From NCBI GenBank assembly GCA_964398115.1, contig CAYNLP010000001.1:1-37579 (forward strand): a DNA stretch of 37,579 nucleotides. Direction: 5' to 3'. The notes beneath the pieces are model-generated. The model saw only the letters and a list, made by a program, of their open reading frames with translations, ran no database searches and was not told the origin of the DNA. Source of the DNA: an uncultured Methanosarcinales archaeon. GTDB taxonomy: Archaea; Nanobdellota; Nanobdellia; Woesearchaeales; CAYNLP01. Both the position numbers and the translations under genes were made by a program. Of this stretch, positions 9,297 through 18,662 are shown in pieces (the first letter of the stretch is position 1; the number at the start of each line of letters is the position of its first letter).

Positions 9297-9818
9297 TTAT
9301 TCCACCTTTAGGAAGAATGAATCTGAAACGTTTTGACTTGGATTTGCTGAGTTGTATAACTGGATTTCGCAAATAGCGTTGTTTGTTGCACTATTTCCTG
9401 CATTAAATATTAGTTTAACCTTTTTAGTTTGACCTGGTGGTATGTCAGTTGGTAAAACGCTACCAATTGACATTCCTGTTGTGTCAGAAGTTAGAGGATC
9501 CCCGCTGCTTGGATCTCTACAGTTTATTTGTCCAGCGTTTACTGTTAGAGGATCTGCGCCAACAGTGTTCATTACTCTTACGCCCATGGTTTTTTGTTCT
9601 CCTTTACCCATGTGTAGGTTGTCTCCTATTCCTATCGGGCTTTCAGTGCTCACGGGAACGTCTGGTATTTCTACTCCTTCAAAACCTCTTTTTAGTTCTC
9701 CTTCAGCACTGCTTAGCATGTCGGAGATGAAGCTGAATGCGAATCCTAGTATCATTATTGCGATGATGAGAACTATTATCATGTTAACGCTTAGGTTTAT
9801 GCTGCCTTTTTCTTTCAC
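9297..9818 (-). CDS. Pilin-like protein with class III signal peptide (GTG start)
   Basis: MKEKG|SINLSVNMIIVLIIAIMILGFAFSF; GAGGTG SD upstream; Cys pair in the head domain. Confidence 0.7.
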   Translation of the reverse strand: MKEKGSINLSVNMIIVLIIAIMILGFAFSFISDMLSSAEGELKRGFEGVEIPDVPVSTESPIGIGDNLHMGKGEQKTMGVRVMNTVGADPLTVNAGQINCRDPSSGDPLTSDTTGMSIGSVLPTDIPPGQTKKVKLIFNAGNSATNNAICEIQLYNSANPSQNVSDSFFLKVE

Positions 9819-9945
9819 TCAGTACACCTCTTTTTTCTGGTTATTTTTACACAGGTGATGGTATTTAAAGGTTTCTATGTTTACGTGAGGGAAACATTTT
9901 TAAACGTTCTGTATTTCTCGGTCATAGAAGAGGTTCTGTAAGACA

Positions 9946-10365
9946 ATGTTTGATGTAAAGCAGGAAAAATTGGTTGAAGCCCTTGGCGAAGAGTTGAAGG
10001 ATGAGATTGAAATGCCTGAATGGGCTCAATTCGTCAAGACAGGAGTTAACAGGGAAAGGCCACCTGTCGAAGATGATTGGTGGTTTGTACGAGCCGGTAG
10101 TATATTAAGACAGGTAGAGTTGAAAGGCCCTATTGGAGTTAGTAAGCTCAGGTATAAGTATGGTGGTAAAGAGAAAGATACTGGTGTTGAGCCAGGAGAG
10201 TTCAAAAAGTCTAGCGGTAAAGTCGTGAGGACTATACTTCAACAGTTGGAAGACGCTGGATTGGTGGAAAAGGGTCAGAAAGGCGTTCATAAGGGACGTG
10301 TAACTACTAGCGATGGTCAAAGTTTTATTTTTGATACTGCTGAGAAGTTGAAAGGTGAATCATAA
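9946..10365 (+). CDS. rps19e: 30S ribosomal protein S19e
   Basis: PEWAQFVKTG, ERPP...WWFVRAGSILR, GPIGVSKL..YGG, VRTILQQLE.AGLV. Confidence 0.96.
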   Translation: MFDVKQEKLVEALGEELKDEIEMPEWAQFVKTGVNRERPPVEDDWWFVRAGSILRQVELKGPIGVSKLRYKYGGKEKDTGVEPGEFKKSSGKVVRTILQQLEDAGLVEKGQKGVHKGRVTTSDGQSFIFDTAEKLKGES

Positions 10366-10538
10366 TGGGTCGTCATAAGACTAAAGGACAGAAGAAAAGA
10401 TTGGCTAAGAAGAATCGTCAGACTAGATGGGCTCCTTTTTGGACCGTGCCTAAAAAGTATGGTGAAGGAAGGCAGGTTCATCCTGGCAGGCACACTGTTA
10501 TGAAGAGGCATTGGAGAAGAGGAAGTACGGATGAGTGA
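10365..10538 (+). CDS. rpl39e: 50S ribosomal protein L39e, 57 aa (not in ORF track)
   Basis: Manual translation MGRHKTKGQKKRLAKKNRQTRWAPFWTVPKKYGEGRQVHPGRHTVMKRHWRRGSTDE*. Canonical position before L31e. Confidence 0.9.
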   Translation: MGRHKTKGQKKRLAKKNRQTRWAPFWTVPKKYGEGRQVHPGRHTVMKRHWRRGSTDE

Positions 10539-10540
10539 AA

Positions 10541-11161
10541 ATGGCACAGTTAGAAAGAACTTATAACGTTCCTTTGAGGAAAGGTTTTCAAAACACTCCT
10601 AGACATAAGAGGGCGAAGAAAGCCATGACGGTGTTGAAAGAATTCTTACAAAAGCATATGAAAGCTGATGAGGTCAAGATCGGTCAGTTGTTGAATAAAA
10701 AGATTTGGGAGAATGGTATTAAGAACCCGCCTCATCACGTTGAGGTTAAGGCTGTTAAGAGAGATGACGGCGTTGTTGAGGCAGAGCTTGAAGGACACAC
10801 CTACACTGGCACTGTAAGTCCTGAACCACTTGAGGAGGGTGGTGAAGGTGGATTGGCTGAAAGGCTTGGCGGTGCTATGGGTGCCGACGCCGGCAAGGCG
10901 GAAGAAGTTGAAGAAAAATTGGCTGAACAAACGGAGGAAGGATTGCAAGAAGTTGAAAGCTTTGAAGACGAAGAAGGTGACGAAACAGAGGGTAGTGAAG
11001 AAGTTTCTGAAAAAGAGGGGGAGGTTCCTTCTGAAAGTAAAGTTCGTGGTATGACTAAGGATGAAATTAAGGAGTATGCTAGTGAAGAATTTGGTGTTGA
11101 ACTAAGTACGAATGACTTAAAGGATGAAATGATTGAGCAGTTCTTTGAAGAAATCAAATAA
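10541..11161 (+). CDS. rpl31e: 50S ribosomal protein L31e with long acidic C-terminal extension
   Basis: ERTYNVPLR, PRHKRAKKAM..LKEFLQKHMK, LNKKIWENGIKNPP; followed by ~115 aa of E-rich tail. Confidence 0.93.
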   Translation: MAQLERTYNVPLRKGFQNTPRHKRAKKAMTVLKEFLQKHMKADEVKIGQLLNKKIWENGIKNPPHHVEVKAVKRDDGVVEAELEGHTYTGTVSPEPLEEGGEGGLAERLGGAMGADAGKAEEVEEKLAEQTEEGLQEVESFEDEEGDETEGSEEVSEKEGEVPSESKVRGMTKDEIKEYASEEFGVELSTNDLKDEMIEQFFEEIK

Positions 11162-11165
11162 AAAT

Positions 11166-11447
11166 TTATATTTGTTCTATAATGTTTTGAAGCGCTTCGT
11201 CTAGTCCCATGTAGAGGTTGTCGTTTTCTACTTCGCTTGTGTACTTTCCGTCGTCGTGTTCCATCTCGGCGGTTAGTTCAAAATTGTCATCTTTTTTTAC
11301 AGAAACAGTTAAGCCGTCATAGCTTTCAGCGTTGTCTGACATTCTTCGGGCGTACCTTCCCACTATCTTCTTCACTACGACGAGTTCACCACCGTCGAGA
11401 TCGTCAAATCCTTCAAGGGTGATGTCTCCGCCAAGTTCTATGGTCAT
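11166..11447 (-). CDS. Small protein, possible HPF/RaiA-like fold
   Basis: beta-alpha-beta-beta-beta-alpha pattern; C-terminal DNLYMGLDEALQNIIEQI resembles the HPF DxYxAIDxAxDKLERQL helix. Confidence 0.55.
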   Translation of the reverse strand: MTIELGGDITLEGFDDLDGGELVVVKKIVGRYARRMSDNAESYDGLTVSVKKDDNFELTAEMEHDDGKYTSEVENDNLYMGLDEALQNIIEQI

Positions 11448-11536
11448 AACAATCGAAAGTTATACATAAATTGTTATTTAAAACTTTCCATTATAATCAA
11501 AGCTTTTATAAACACCTTCTTTTTTCTCGGTTTTAA

Positions 11537-11573
11537 AGAGGCGAATGTGGGCGTGACTTGCCTGAACGCCTCT
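11537..11573 (+). promoter_or_regulatory. Structured 5' leader of rpl15e (putative r-leader)
   Basis: AGAGGCG (11537-43) pairs with CGCCTCT (11567-73); inner GGGCG/TGCCT stem. It lies ~25 nt after a TTTTATAAA box and before the GGAGGT SD. Confidence 0.55.
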
Positions 11574-11602
11574 AAGCAGTTAACTAATGGAGGTCAAAAC
11601 TT

Positions 11603-12142
11603 ATGGGATTTTACAAACACATAAGGGATTTGAAAAAGAACAATCCTGAAAAAGTTAAAGAGTTAAAGAAGAAGAGACTTGTCGCGTGGCGTGAAGAGCC
11701 AGCGACTAAAAGGATTGAGAAGCCGACCAAGTTGGACAAGGCGCGGAGCATGGGTTACAAAGCCAAGCAAGGTGTCATCGTTGTTAGGCAGAGAGTTGCC
11801 AAAGGTGGTCGGAAGAGAGAAGATTTCAAAGCTGGACGTCGTTCTAAAAATATGCGTAGGCGTAAGATTGTTCATAAGAATTATCAGCAGATTGCTGAGG
11901 AGAAAGCCGCGCGAGAGTTTGACAATTGCGAAGTTTTAAACAGCTATCCCGTTTTGGAGGATGGACATCATAAGTGGTTTGAAGTTATCTTGATAGACAG
12001 GTTCCATCCTGAAGTCTTGAATGATGAAGAATTGCGGGAGAAGAGTAAGCGTAAAGGAAGGGCTCAGCGTGGCTTAACCCAGAGTGGTCGTAAGAGTCGA
12101 GGCCTGAAAGGTAAGGGTAAGGGCGCTGAGAAGAATCGTTAA
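11603..12142 (+). CDS. rpl15e: 50S ribosomal protein L15e
   Basis: WREEP...RIEKPTKLDKARSMGYKAKQG, IAEEKA, EVLNSY, WFEVILID, RGLTQSGRKSRGL. Confidence 0.96.
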   Translation: MGFYKHIRDLKKNNPEKVKELKKKRLVAWREEPATKRIEKPTKLDKARSMGYKAKQGVIVVRQRVAKGGRKREDFKAGRRSKNMRRRKIVHKNYQQIAEEKAAREFDNCEVLNSYPVLEDGHHKWFEVILIDRFHPEVLNDEELREKSKRKGRAQRGLTQSGRKSRGLKGKGKGAEKNR

Positions 12143-12192
12143 CTTTCCCGGTTTTTTCTTTCCAACTTATTTTTTTCTCAATTTTTTTTGTT
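12143..12192 (+). terminator. Oligo-T archaeal terminator region after rpl15e
   Basis: Several T6-T8 runs immediately after the stop codon. Confidence 0.45.
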
Positions 12193-12245
12193 TAAACTAG
12201 TCTAGTTGGTGTGTTCTAGGCAAGATAATTTCAAGATTGATTTTT

Positions 12246-12419
12246 TTAGACTTCTTCTGTTTTTGGACTTTCTTTGATGATTTCTCGGTGTACGGTCACG
12301 TGGAAGGTTTCTCCGTCGTCGTTGGTTATGTCGTATTCGTAGTCTTGCCATTCTATGTCGTATCCTTCTTTGTGGCTTAGTTCTTTCTTGAAGTTTTTCT
12401 TAAAACTGTTTTTTTGCAT
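12246..12419 (-). CDS. Small hypothetical protein, 57 aa (not in ORF track)
   Basis: MQKNSFKKNFKKELSHKEGYDIEWQDYEYDITNDDGETFHVTVHREIIKESPKTEEV*. GGGGGTGG SD and TTTATAA box upstream; codon style matches neighbouring minus-strand genes. Confidence 0.65.
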   Translation of the reverse strand: MQKNSFKKNFKKELSHKEGYDIEWQDYEYDITNDDGETFHVTVHREIIKESPKTEEV

Positions 12420-12475
12420 TTTTCCACCCCCAACAATTTGTTTTAATGGTAGAAGTTGGTTATAAATTCTAGGGT

Positions 12476-15280
12476 TTAGTCTTGGCTAGGCCATACGTTG
12501 ATTACTAGCCTGACTGGTTGTTGGGTTCTGCTGGATTTGAATATTCTTTCTCTCTTGTATAGTTCGTCGATCGGTCCGGATACGTTCACGTTTGGTTGGT
12601 ACCATGGTTCGGGGCTTCCTTCGCATGCTTCTACGTAATTGACTGTGTCTCCGCTTTCGTTGTATTTCACCATGGTTCCTTCTTGTACTCCATCCACTAA
12701 GTTTTTGCTTTTGTTGTCGTGGAACGTGCACTTACCGCCGTTTTCGAATGTTCTTCCGGCACATTCTGCGTTGCATCTTCCTTCCCAGTTGACGCAGTCC
12801 GCGTTGCATTGTCCTTTTCTCAAGGTCATGTTTTGCGTCAATACTTGATTGCATTGTGACGTCACCCTCTTTTCCTCAGTAAAGTATCCTGGCTTGCTGT
12901 ATCTTGTTACGAACGTGCCTATGTCCACTCTCATTTCGTAGTAGCCTTGTGTGTCTGTCGTGGTGTTGTCGCTACTTACGCTCATGCCGGGTGGGTAGAA
13001 TGTTTTGACAGTAGCGCCTCTGATTGGATTGCCGTTCTGATCGGTGACGGTTCCGTTCATCAACGTGGTGCCACCATCCCAGTCAGTTTCAACTTGTGCT
13101 AAGTTTCCATCTTCGTCTCTACTTACGTCTTTTCCTGCCACGCAAGCACTATATGTAATGGTGGTTTCGTATCCTTCTGCTGGGAATTGTGTAGTAACGG
13201 GTGATTCTTGCAGGTTGCTTGCGTCTACCGTGGCTACGGTAGATGCACCGCTACAACTTCCGTTTCGGATGTCGATGTCTCCATCTGCGCTTAGGTTTTC
13301 GTCTGGTGTGTCTAACTCTGCCGTTAGGGTTTGGTATGGACATGCCACTTCTGGACTGACATCTAAGTATAAGTCGCAGTCGCTGTCAGCTTCATCTACA
13401 TCACTGTCTCCGTCATTGTCTGTGCCATCATCACAATTTTCCTCTAAGCTTAGTGTTGCTTGGTCTGTGTTGTTACCCAGGCAAGCCCAGTAGTCTTCAT
13501 AGTTGCCGTTGCTTGGCGCTCCGAAGCTACATTCTACGCTTTTTTCTCCTTGTACTGTGACTTGACTACAGCTTCCTTCTGCACTTCCGCTTTGACAGTC
13601 GCCTGAACTAGTACATCCGTTATCGCAGAGGTTGAATTTTTCTCCATCTGTGTAGAAGTCTCCAGTATTTGAAGTTAGGTTAGCTTTGGTTTGACTTGCA
13701 GCAGCGGTTGATCCTTCAGGGAAGGATAGTGTAATCCCACATTCGTTGTCTGCTTCATCATACCATGAGTCGCTGTCATCATCTGCAGTGTTGTCGCATA
13801 CTTCATCACAGTCAGTGTCGTCTTGGTCAACGTCTCCGTCGCAATCGTTGTCGTAGCCGTCGTTGCATAGTTGTTCTGTTCCAGGAGAGGTTTGGTTCCA
13901 CTCCCAACCTCCAGTGTTGTTTCTGAAGCATTCGTAGGTGGTTCCGCTACAACTTTGTCCACTTCCACAAGCATTTGTACTGTCACATGTCCAGTTATTT
14001 AGTACTATATCTTCTCCACCGTCATCTTCACATTGTGGTGATCCAGTACTCTTTCCACAAGTAAAGTTATCTCCCATTTCTAAGAGGTCGTCTCCATCCG
14101 TTTGGCAGTAAGGGTTGGAACCGTCGTATGTGTCACAGTCTGTTTGTGTGTAGCTGCTTNNNNNNNNNNGTCCTCCACAGTAATCCTCACATGGGTCGTC
14201 GTCGTTATCACACGTCGCTCCACACTGACCTTTAGTACAGGAATATTTATCTCCGCAACTCCCATCACTTACACATATTCCGCTACTTTCTTGATTCCAC
14301 CTATTTTCTCCTGACGTGTAATCATCATTGTCTTGGGAGCATTGCTCGCACCATTCACAACTGCTGTCTGCGTCACAATTTGATGCAGTGCTGTAAGCAG
14401 AACATTGGGATGGCATGCTGTAAACTTGTTCTGTTTCATCCGTTCCTTGCTTGGTGCATTTGCTTGTTTGTACGTAACATCTTGCTTCGTAAGAACTTCC
14501 ACTTCCACAAGTGTTGGTTGTCGTGCTTCCTACATCACATGAGAAGTTGGCCGTGTTTGAATCTTCCCACCCTTTAAACGTACAAGCGTCTGAGTCTCCA
14601 TCGAGGCTTGCCCCTACACAATTTACCTCTCCTGGACTTGAATCACACTGGACGAGTATGTTAGTGTTTTCCTCCGGACAAGTGTTTGGAACGTTTATCC
14701 CTGTTACTTCCACACTGCTCTTTACTACTTCGACGTTTTTCGTTTCAGTATCCGAAGCTCCATTTGAATCTGTCACTCTTAAAGTTACGGAGTAGTTATT
14801 AGTGCTGGAATATGTGTGACTGGTTGTTTCTCCTGAATCTTCGTATGTTCCGTCGCTTGTCCAATCCCATTCGTATGTGTCTATGTTGTTGTCAGGGTCT
14901 GAACTGTCTCCGGCGTCGAAACTAATCGAGTTATCCTCTACGCCTGGTGATGGTGAGTATGTGAAGTCTGCCGTGGGGGCAGAATTCGAAATGCAATCGG
15001 AATCATTTTCGTCAGTGTCTCCGTCGCAGTCGTTGTCATCACCATCTGTGCAGGAAACTTCGCTGGAGTAGCAACAGTTAGGATCAATGTTATTTGGGGC
15101 TGAACAGTCTGCTCCGCATACGTCAATCATGCACTGGCCATCATCATCTGTACAAGCGTAGTCTTGGTTTCCTACTGTGCATCCGTGTTCTCCGCCGTGG
15201 CTTGCATTAGTGAGTGATATAGTGGTTAGTGATATGGTTAGTATTAGAATTACGTAAAATATTTTGTTACTTTTTCCCAT
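12476..15280 (-). CDS. Large secreted Cys/Asp-rich surface protein (PKD domain, CxDGxDNDCDGxxD repeats, carboxypeptidase-regulatory-like domain); spans an assembly gap
   Basis: Signal peptide; NSAPTADFTYSP...YEWDW..DG...HTY...VTLRVTD (PKD); four CxDxxDxDxDxxxDxxDxDC units; GTVTDQNGNPIRGATV...TTTDTQGYY...KPGY. Confidence 0.8.
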   Translation of the reverse strand: MGKSNKIFYVILILTISLTTISLTNASHGGEHGCTVGNQDYACTDDDGQCMIDVCGADCSAPNNIDPNCCYSSEVSCTDGDDNDCDGDTDENDSDCISNSAPTADFTYSPSPGVEDNSISFDAGDSSDPDNNIDTYEWDWTSDGTYEDSGETTSHTYSSTNNYSVTLRVTDSNGASDTETKNVEVVKSSVEVTGINVPNTCPEENTNILVQCDSSPGEVNCVGASLDGDSDACTFKGWEDSNTANFSCDVGSTTTNTCGSGSSYEARCYVQTSKCTKQGTDETEQVYSMPSQCSAYSTASNCDADSSCEWCEQCSQDNDDYTSGENRWNQESSGICVSDGSCGDKYSCTKGQCGATCDNDDDPCEDYCGGXXXXSSYTQTDCDTYDGSNPYCQTDGDDLLEMGDNFTCGKSTGSPQCEDDGGEDIVLNNWTCDSTNACGSGQSCSGTTYECFRNNTGGWEWNQTSPGTEQLCNDGYDNDCDGDVDQDDTDCDEVCDNTADDDSDSWYDEADNECGITLSFPEGSTAAASQTKANLTSNTGDFYTDGEKFNLCDNGCTSSGDCQSGSAEGSCSQVTVQGEKSVECSFGAPSNGNYEDYWACLGNNTDQATLSLEENCDDGTDNDGDSDVDEADSDCDLYLDVSPEVACPYQTLTAELDTPDENLSADGDIDIRNGSCSGASTVATVDASNLQESPVTTQFPAEGYETTITYSACVAGKDVSRDEDGNLAQVETDWDGGTTLMNGTVTDQNGNPIRGATVKTFYPPGMSVSSDNTTTDTQGYYEMRVDIGTFVTRYSKPGYFTEEKRVTSQCNQVLTQNMTLRKGQCNADCVNWEGRCNAECAGRTFENGGKCTFHDNKSKNLVDGVQEGTMVKYNESGDTVNYVEACEGSPEPWYQPNVNVSGPIDELYKRERIFKSSRTQQPVRLVINVWPSQD
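14160..14169. other. Assembly gap (10 N)
   Basis: Run of n characters. The true length is unknown, so frame continuity across it is unproven. Confidence 0.99.
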
Positions 15281-15431
15281 TCGTTGAACCCACCTTTGTT
15301 GAGCTTATTTTTTTCTACTAAGGCTAGTATATAAAGTTTGTGTCCAAGACCTATACAAAAAGAGTTTATTTTAATCCTGTAGTAGTAAAAACCGTAACGT
15401 TTAAATATTATAAAAATTAATCACAAGAGTT

Positions 15432-17024
15432 ATGAGTCGAGAAAGTCTGGAAAACAAAGTTCGAAAAACTTTACGGAAAACAACACAACTAGTCCTACCC
15501 GCATTAACCGCTGCAACAATAGCCTGTGGAGGTGGTGGAGACAATTGTCAGGCAAACCCGACAGCTCCGGGATGTAATAACAACGGTGGAGGCGGAAATC
15601 CAAGTGTTGAAAGCGTAGAAACCTCTCCAAACCAACTATCAGACATAGAAACCAATCAAGACCAAGACTACTCGGGCGAAAGCAAAGCAACACTATCAGA
15701 CGGCAGCAAGGAAGATCCAGACAGCACAATAACATTCCTAACAACAAACGACGAAAGAAACAAAGTTGACAAATTCGGACAACAACAAAACTGGCAAGGA
15801 ACAATACCCGCCAACATGATCAAAGAAGGAGAAAACTGCCTCGAAGCAGTCGCACACGCCAGCAGCGAAAGAGACACCGCACAAGCATGCTTCAACGCCC
15901 AACAACCCAGTCCAGAACTAACCTATACGTTATCTCCCGACAGTATAGCCGAGGGTGATACGGCTAGGCATGAAGTAAGCGCGACAGACGATGCACAAGT
16001 AGACAGCGTATTCATAGACACAAACGGAGACGGAACATTCAACATACGAATAAAAGGAAGCAAAGCAGACACCACCCTAACTTATGATGAACCAGGAAAC
16101 CTAGAAACAACGGCAAAAGCACAAGACAACCAAGGAGCAGAAAGCAAAGAAAAAACCCAAACACTACAAATAACCGACACTCCAGAACTAACCGTGAACG
16201 TAAAAGGAGCAAGCCCCCAACCAGGAACAGGCCTGGTAGACATAGTAGACGCCTTAGTTATTGCCCAGAAAAACGGCGAAGCAGATACCGCCAGAACTAA
16301 TACCAGCGGACAAGCCATACTAAAAAACCTAGAAGACGGAGAATACACGCTGGTAGTACGGGATGAAACAAATCCTGACACGATCGGAACCTGGTACGAC
16401 ATAGCAAACCCAAACAACCCAGTAACCATACAAGTAAACGAAGACACCAACCACACCGTAGGCCTATTCCCACACGTACCACTAGCACCAGGAGACACCG
16501 CATACCAAAACAACCTAGACTGGTTCAACAAAGTAGTAGGAAACTTATATGTAGTTGCAAGAGGTATGCCTAACAACGGAAAAGATCCTTACCGAATTTG
16601 GATACACCCAGATAGCCTAGACACACAAGAAGAAGCAGACTCAGTAAAAAAAGGAATACTAACATGGAATGGCCTTAATGACGAATATGATTATGCTAGG
16701 TTCGTCGATGATTCTATCGATAGCGACTACACACTACTAATGACTGATGAAAGTGCAACTGATCGAAGCGAAAGAAGAATTAAAGTTAATGAAACATTAG
16801 ATTTGAAAACTATTTTAAAACACGGAGCCCATGAATTCAGCCACGTATTAATGAATCAAAAAGAAGAAAGAAGTTTACAAGACTTATACTGTTCACAATC
16901 AGGCCCAACCTGTCCACCTGGAAAAGCCACTAACCTGGAACTCGGAATTTTTACATCCGCCAACATTTTGAAACAAAACTTCGGAGAAAACTGGGACATG
17001 GATAAATACAGCCAAAACAACTAG
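15432..17024 (+). CDS. Lipoprotein with Ig/PKD-like domains and C-terminal HEXXH zinc-peptidase-like domain
   Basis: Lipobox ATIA-C32-GGGG; DTNGDG...TLTYDEPG...AQDNQGA (PKD-like); TARTNTSGQA..L..GEYTL; HEFSH at 16830-16844. Confidence 0.75.
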   Translation: MSRESLENKVRKTLRKTTQLVLPALTAATIACGGGGDNCQANPTAPGCNNNGGGGNPSVESVETSPNQLSDIETNQDQDYSGESKATLSDGSKEDPDSTITFLTTNDERNKVDKFGQQQNWQGTIPANMIKEGENCLEAVAHASSERDTAQACFNAQQPSPELTYTLSPDSIAEGDTARHEVSATDDAQVDSVFIDTNGDGTFNIRIKGSKADTTLTYDEPGNLETTAKAQDNQGAESKEKTQTLQITDTPELTVNVKGASPQPGTGLVDIVDALVIAQKNGEADTARTNTSGQAILKNLEDGEYTLVVRDETNPDTIGTWYDIANPNNPVTIQVNEDTNHTVGLFPHVPLAPGDTAYQNNLDWFNKVVGNLYVVARGMPNNGKDPYRIWIHPDSLDTQEEADSVKKGILTWNGLNDEYDYARFVDDSIDSDYTLLMTDESATDRSERRIKVNETLDLKTILKHGAHEFSHVLMNQKEERSLQDLYCSQSGPTCPPGKATNLELGIFTSANILKQNFGENWDMDKYSQNN

Positions 17025-18562
17025 TTCTGATACGGCTCAATAGATAAATACTCACCATAATCTACTCCATCATAAGTTGTCCTATAAACACAAGCCTGAT
17101 CCATGAAATCCACACAATCACCACTCGGCCCAGCCTCCTCCAACCACCAAGGACCATCAAGTTGATGAGGAGGCCAACTCTCACAAGGACCATACACATC
17201 ATCACTACTGTAGCATACTCCTCCCCAATTAGGGTCACAATCACCTGGATCATTTCCATCCCATTGGAAATCGCCTGGACAACTATTTATACACTCATAA
17301 TTTCCTGTATCTTGCTTGTATTCGCACATCCCGCTGCAACAGTCGCTGTTTGAGTTGCAAGTATCTCCTGCTGCTTTGCAAACGTCTACTTCTTGTGTAG
17401 CGTCGTCTCCAGTAACCCCTACAAGAGGGTCTACGGTATCTATTTGAGAGTAGTATATCCAAGTACCGACTTCATCTAAAGTTATTGCACATCCGTCTGT
17501 TGCGCTTCCGCTTGTTGCACTAGAACCGTCATCTGCACATGGTTGTGTGTCTCCACTAGGAGAGATGAGTTGAACATACCAATCTACGCCATCATCTATT
17601 TCATTCCAAACGTAATCAAACTCTACTCTAGGATCTTCATCATAATATGCTGTGTTAGGATTTCCACTTGAAGCAGTGGTTTGCAGGTTACAAGGACAAT
17701 CATCATCATTACAATCTGTAGCGCCATTATTATCATTATCTATATCATCCCCACAAGCAGATTCTGAATCAGAGAAGCAATAAATAGTTACAGCACCACT
17801 GTCATCAGTATCATTTTCTTCCGTTATCACTTGTCCACAATGATCTGAAAGGTTATTACTTAACGCTTGTTGATTATCCCATGCCACATAATCTGAACTT
17901 CTGGCACATTCGTTAAAAGTACAACTACCAGGACAATCGTTTTCATGTAGATACTCAGTTATTGGATTTACAGAACGTCCTTTTCCATGAGTGGTGACTC
18001 CACTCGCCCAGTTCTCCAACTCAGGAAGGTATAGGACGCCACGAGTAGGATAACGAGGATCACCCTCATAATTATAACATCCACCACTAGATGCTTCTTC
18101 TCCTCTATCAATACACACATCATTTGCTATATTGGCTAATTCACCACAGCAATAATTATCACTCGGTGGAGCTTGATTATCATTAGTGGTATAACGACAA
18201 TCAGGATAATCATAACACACGTTAGATTGACAATATTGTCCTTCATCACAATCACTATCATCCACGCATTCTACACATTCACCAGAGCTTTCGTCACAAA
18301 CATTTGGACAGTCTGTATCATCTTGGCAATCAGCTACACACATGTTACTGTCACAGTGCTCATCACTAGCACAATCATCATCGTTTGTGCATTCAACACA
18401 ACACCCATTATAACAAAAATTATCACCTGAACAATCACCGTCACCACTACAAGAAAGACAAGCAAAGTGAACTGACGAGGATACTGGTTGCGAAGAAAGT
18501 GATAATACAAAGGTGAAGGACAAAAGTACCAAGATGAATGTTAAAACTGGTTTTAATTTCAT
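17021..18562 (-). CDS. Secreted Cys-rich surface protein
   Basis: Start MKLKPV plus signal peptide; repeated CVECxxDxDC units; CGDDIDNDNNGATDCNDDDC; CxxNSDCCSGxC. Confidence 0.78.
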   Translation of the reverse strand: MKLKPVLTFILVLLSFTFVLSLSSQPVSSSVHFACLSCSGDGDCSGDNFCYNGCCVECTNDDDCASDEHCDSNMCVADCQDDTDCPNVCDESSGECVECVDDSDCDEGQYCQSNVCYDYPDCRYTTNDNQAPPSDNYCCGELANIANDVCIDRGEEASSGGCYNYEGDPRYPTRGVLYLPELENWASGVTTHGKGRSVNPITEYLHENDCPGSCTFNECARSSDYVAWDNQQALSNNLSDHCGQVITEENDTDDSGAVTIYCFSDSESACGDDIDNDNNGATDCNDDDCPCNLQTTASSGNPNTAYYDEDPRVEFDYVWNEIDDGVDWYVQLISPSGDTQPCADDGSSATSGSATDGCAITLDEVGTWIYYSQIDTVDPLVGVTGDDATQEVDVCKAAGDTCNSNSDCCSGMCEYKQDTGNYECINSCPGDFQWDGNDPGDCDPNWGGVCYSSDDVYGPCESWPPHQLDGPWWLEEAGPSGDCVDFMDQACVYRTTYDGVDYGEYLSIEPYQN

Positions 18563-18662
18563 TAATAAAATTACATCTAAGAGATGATTTATAAACATTT
18601 CCATTGCGAAAATATTTGATAATCATAAACTTTATTACTCAAAGAAATTAAAGACAAAGCTG

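Noticed and set aside
11544..11566. Kink-turn or C/D box sRNA
   Set aside because: CUGA is present, but the opposite strand reads AAUGU rather than the required bulge plus GA. Kept only as a generic leader hairpin.
14160..14169. Possible frameshift or gene split in the large surface protein
   Set aside because: It is an N gap of unknown length, so nothing biological can be inferred.
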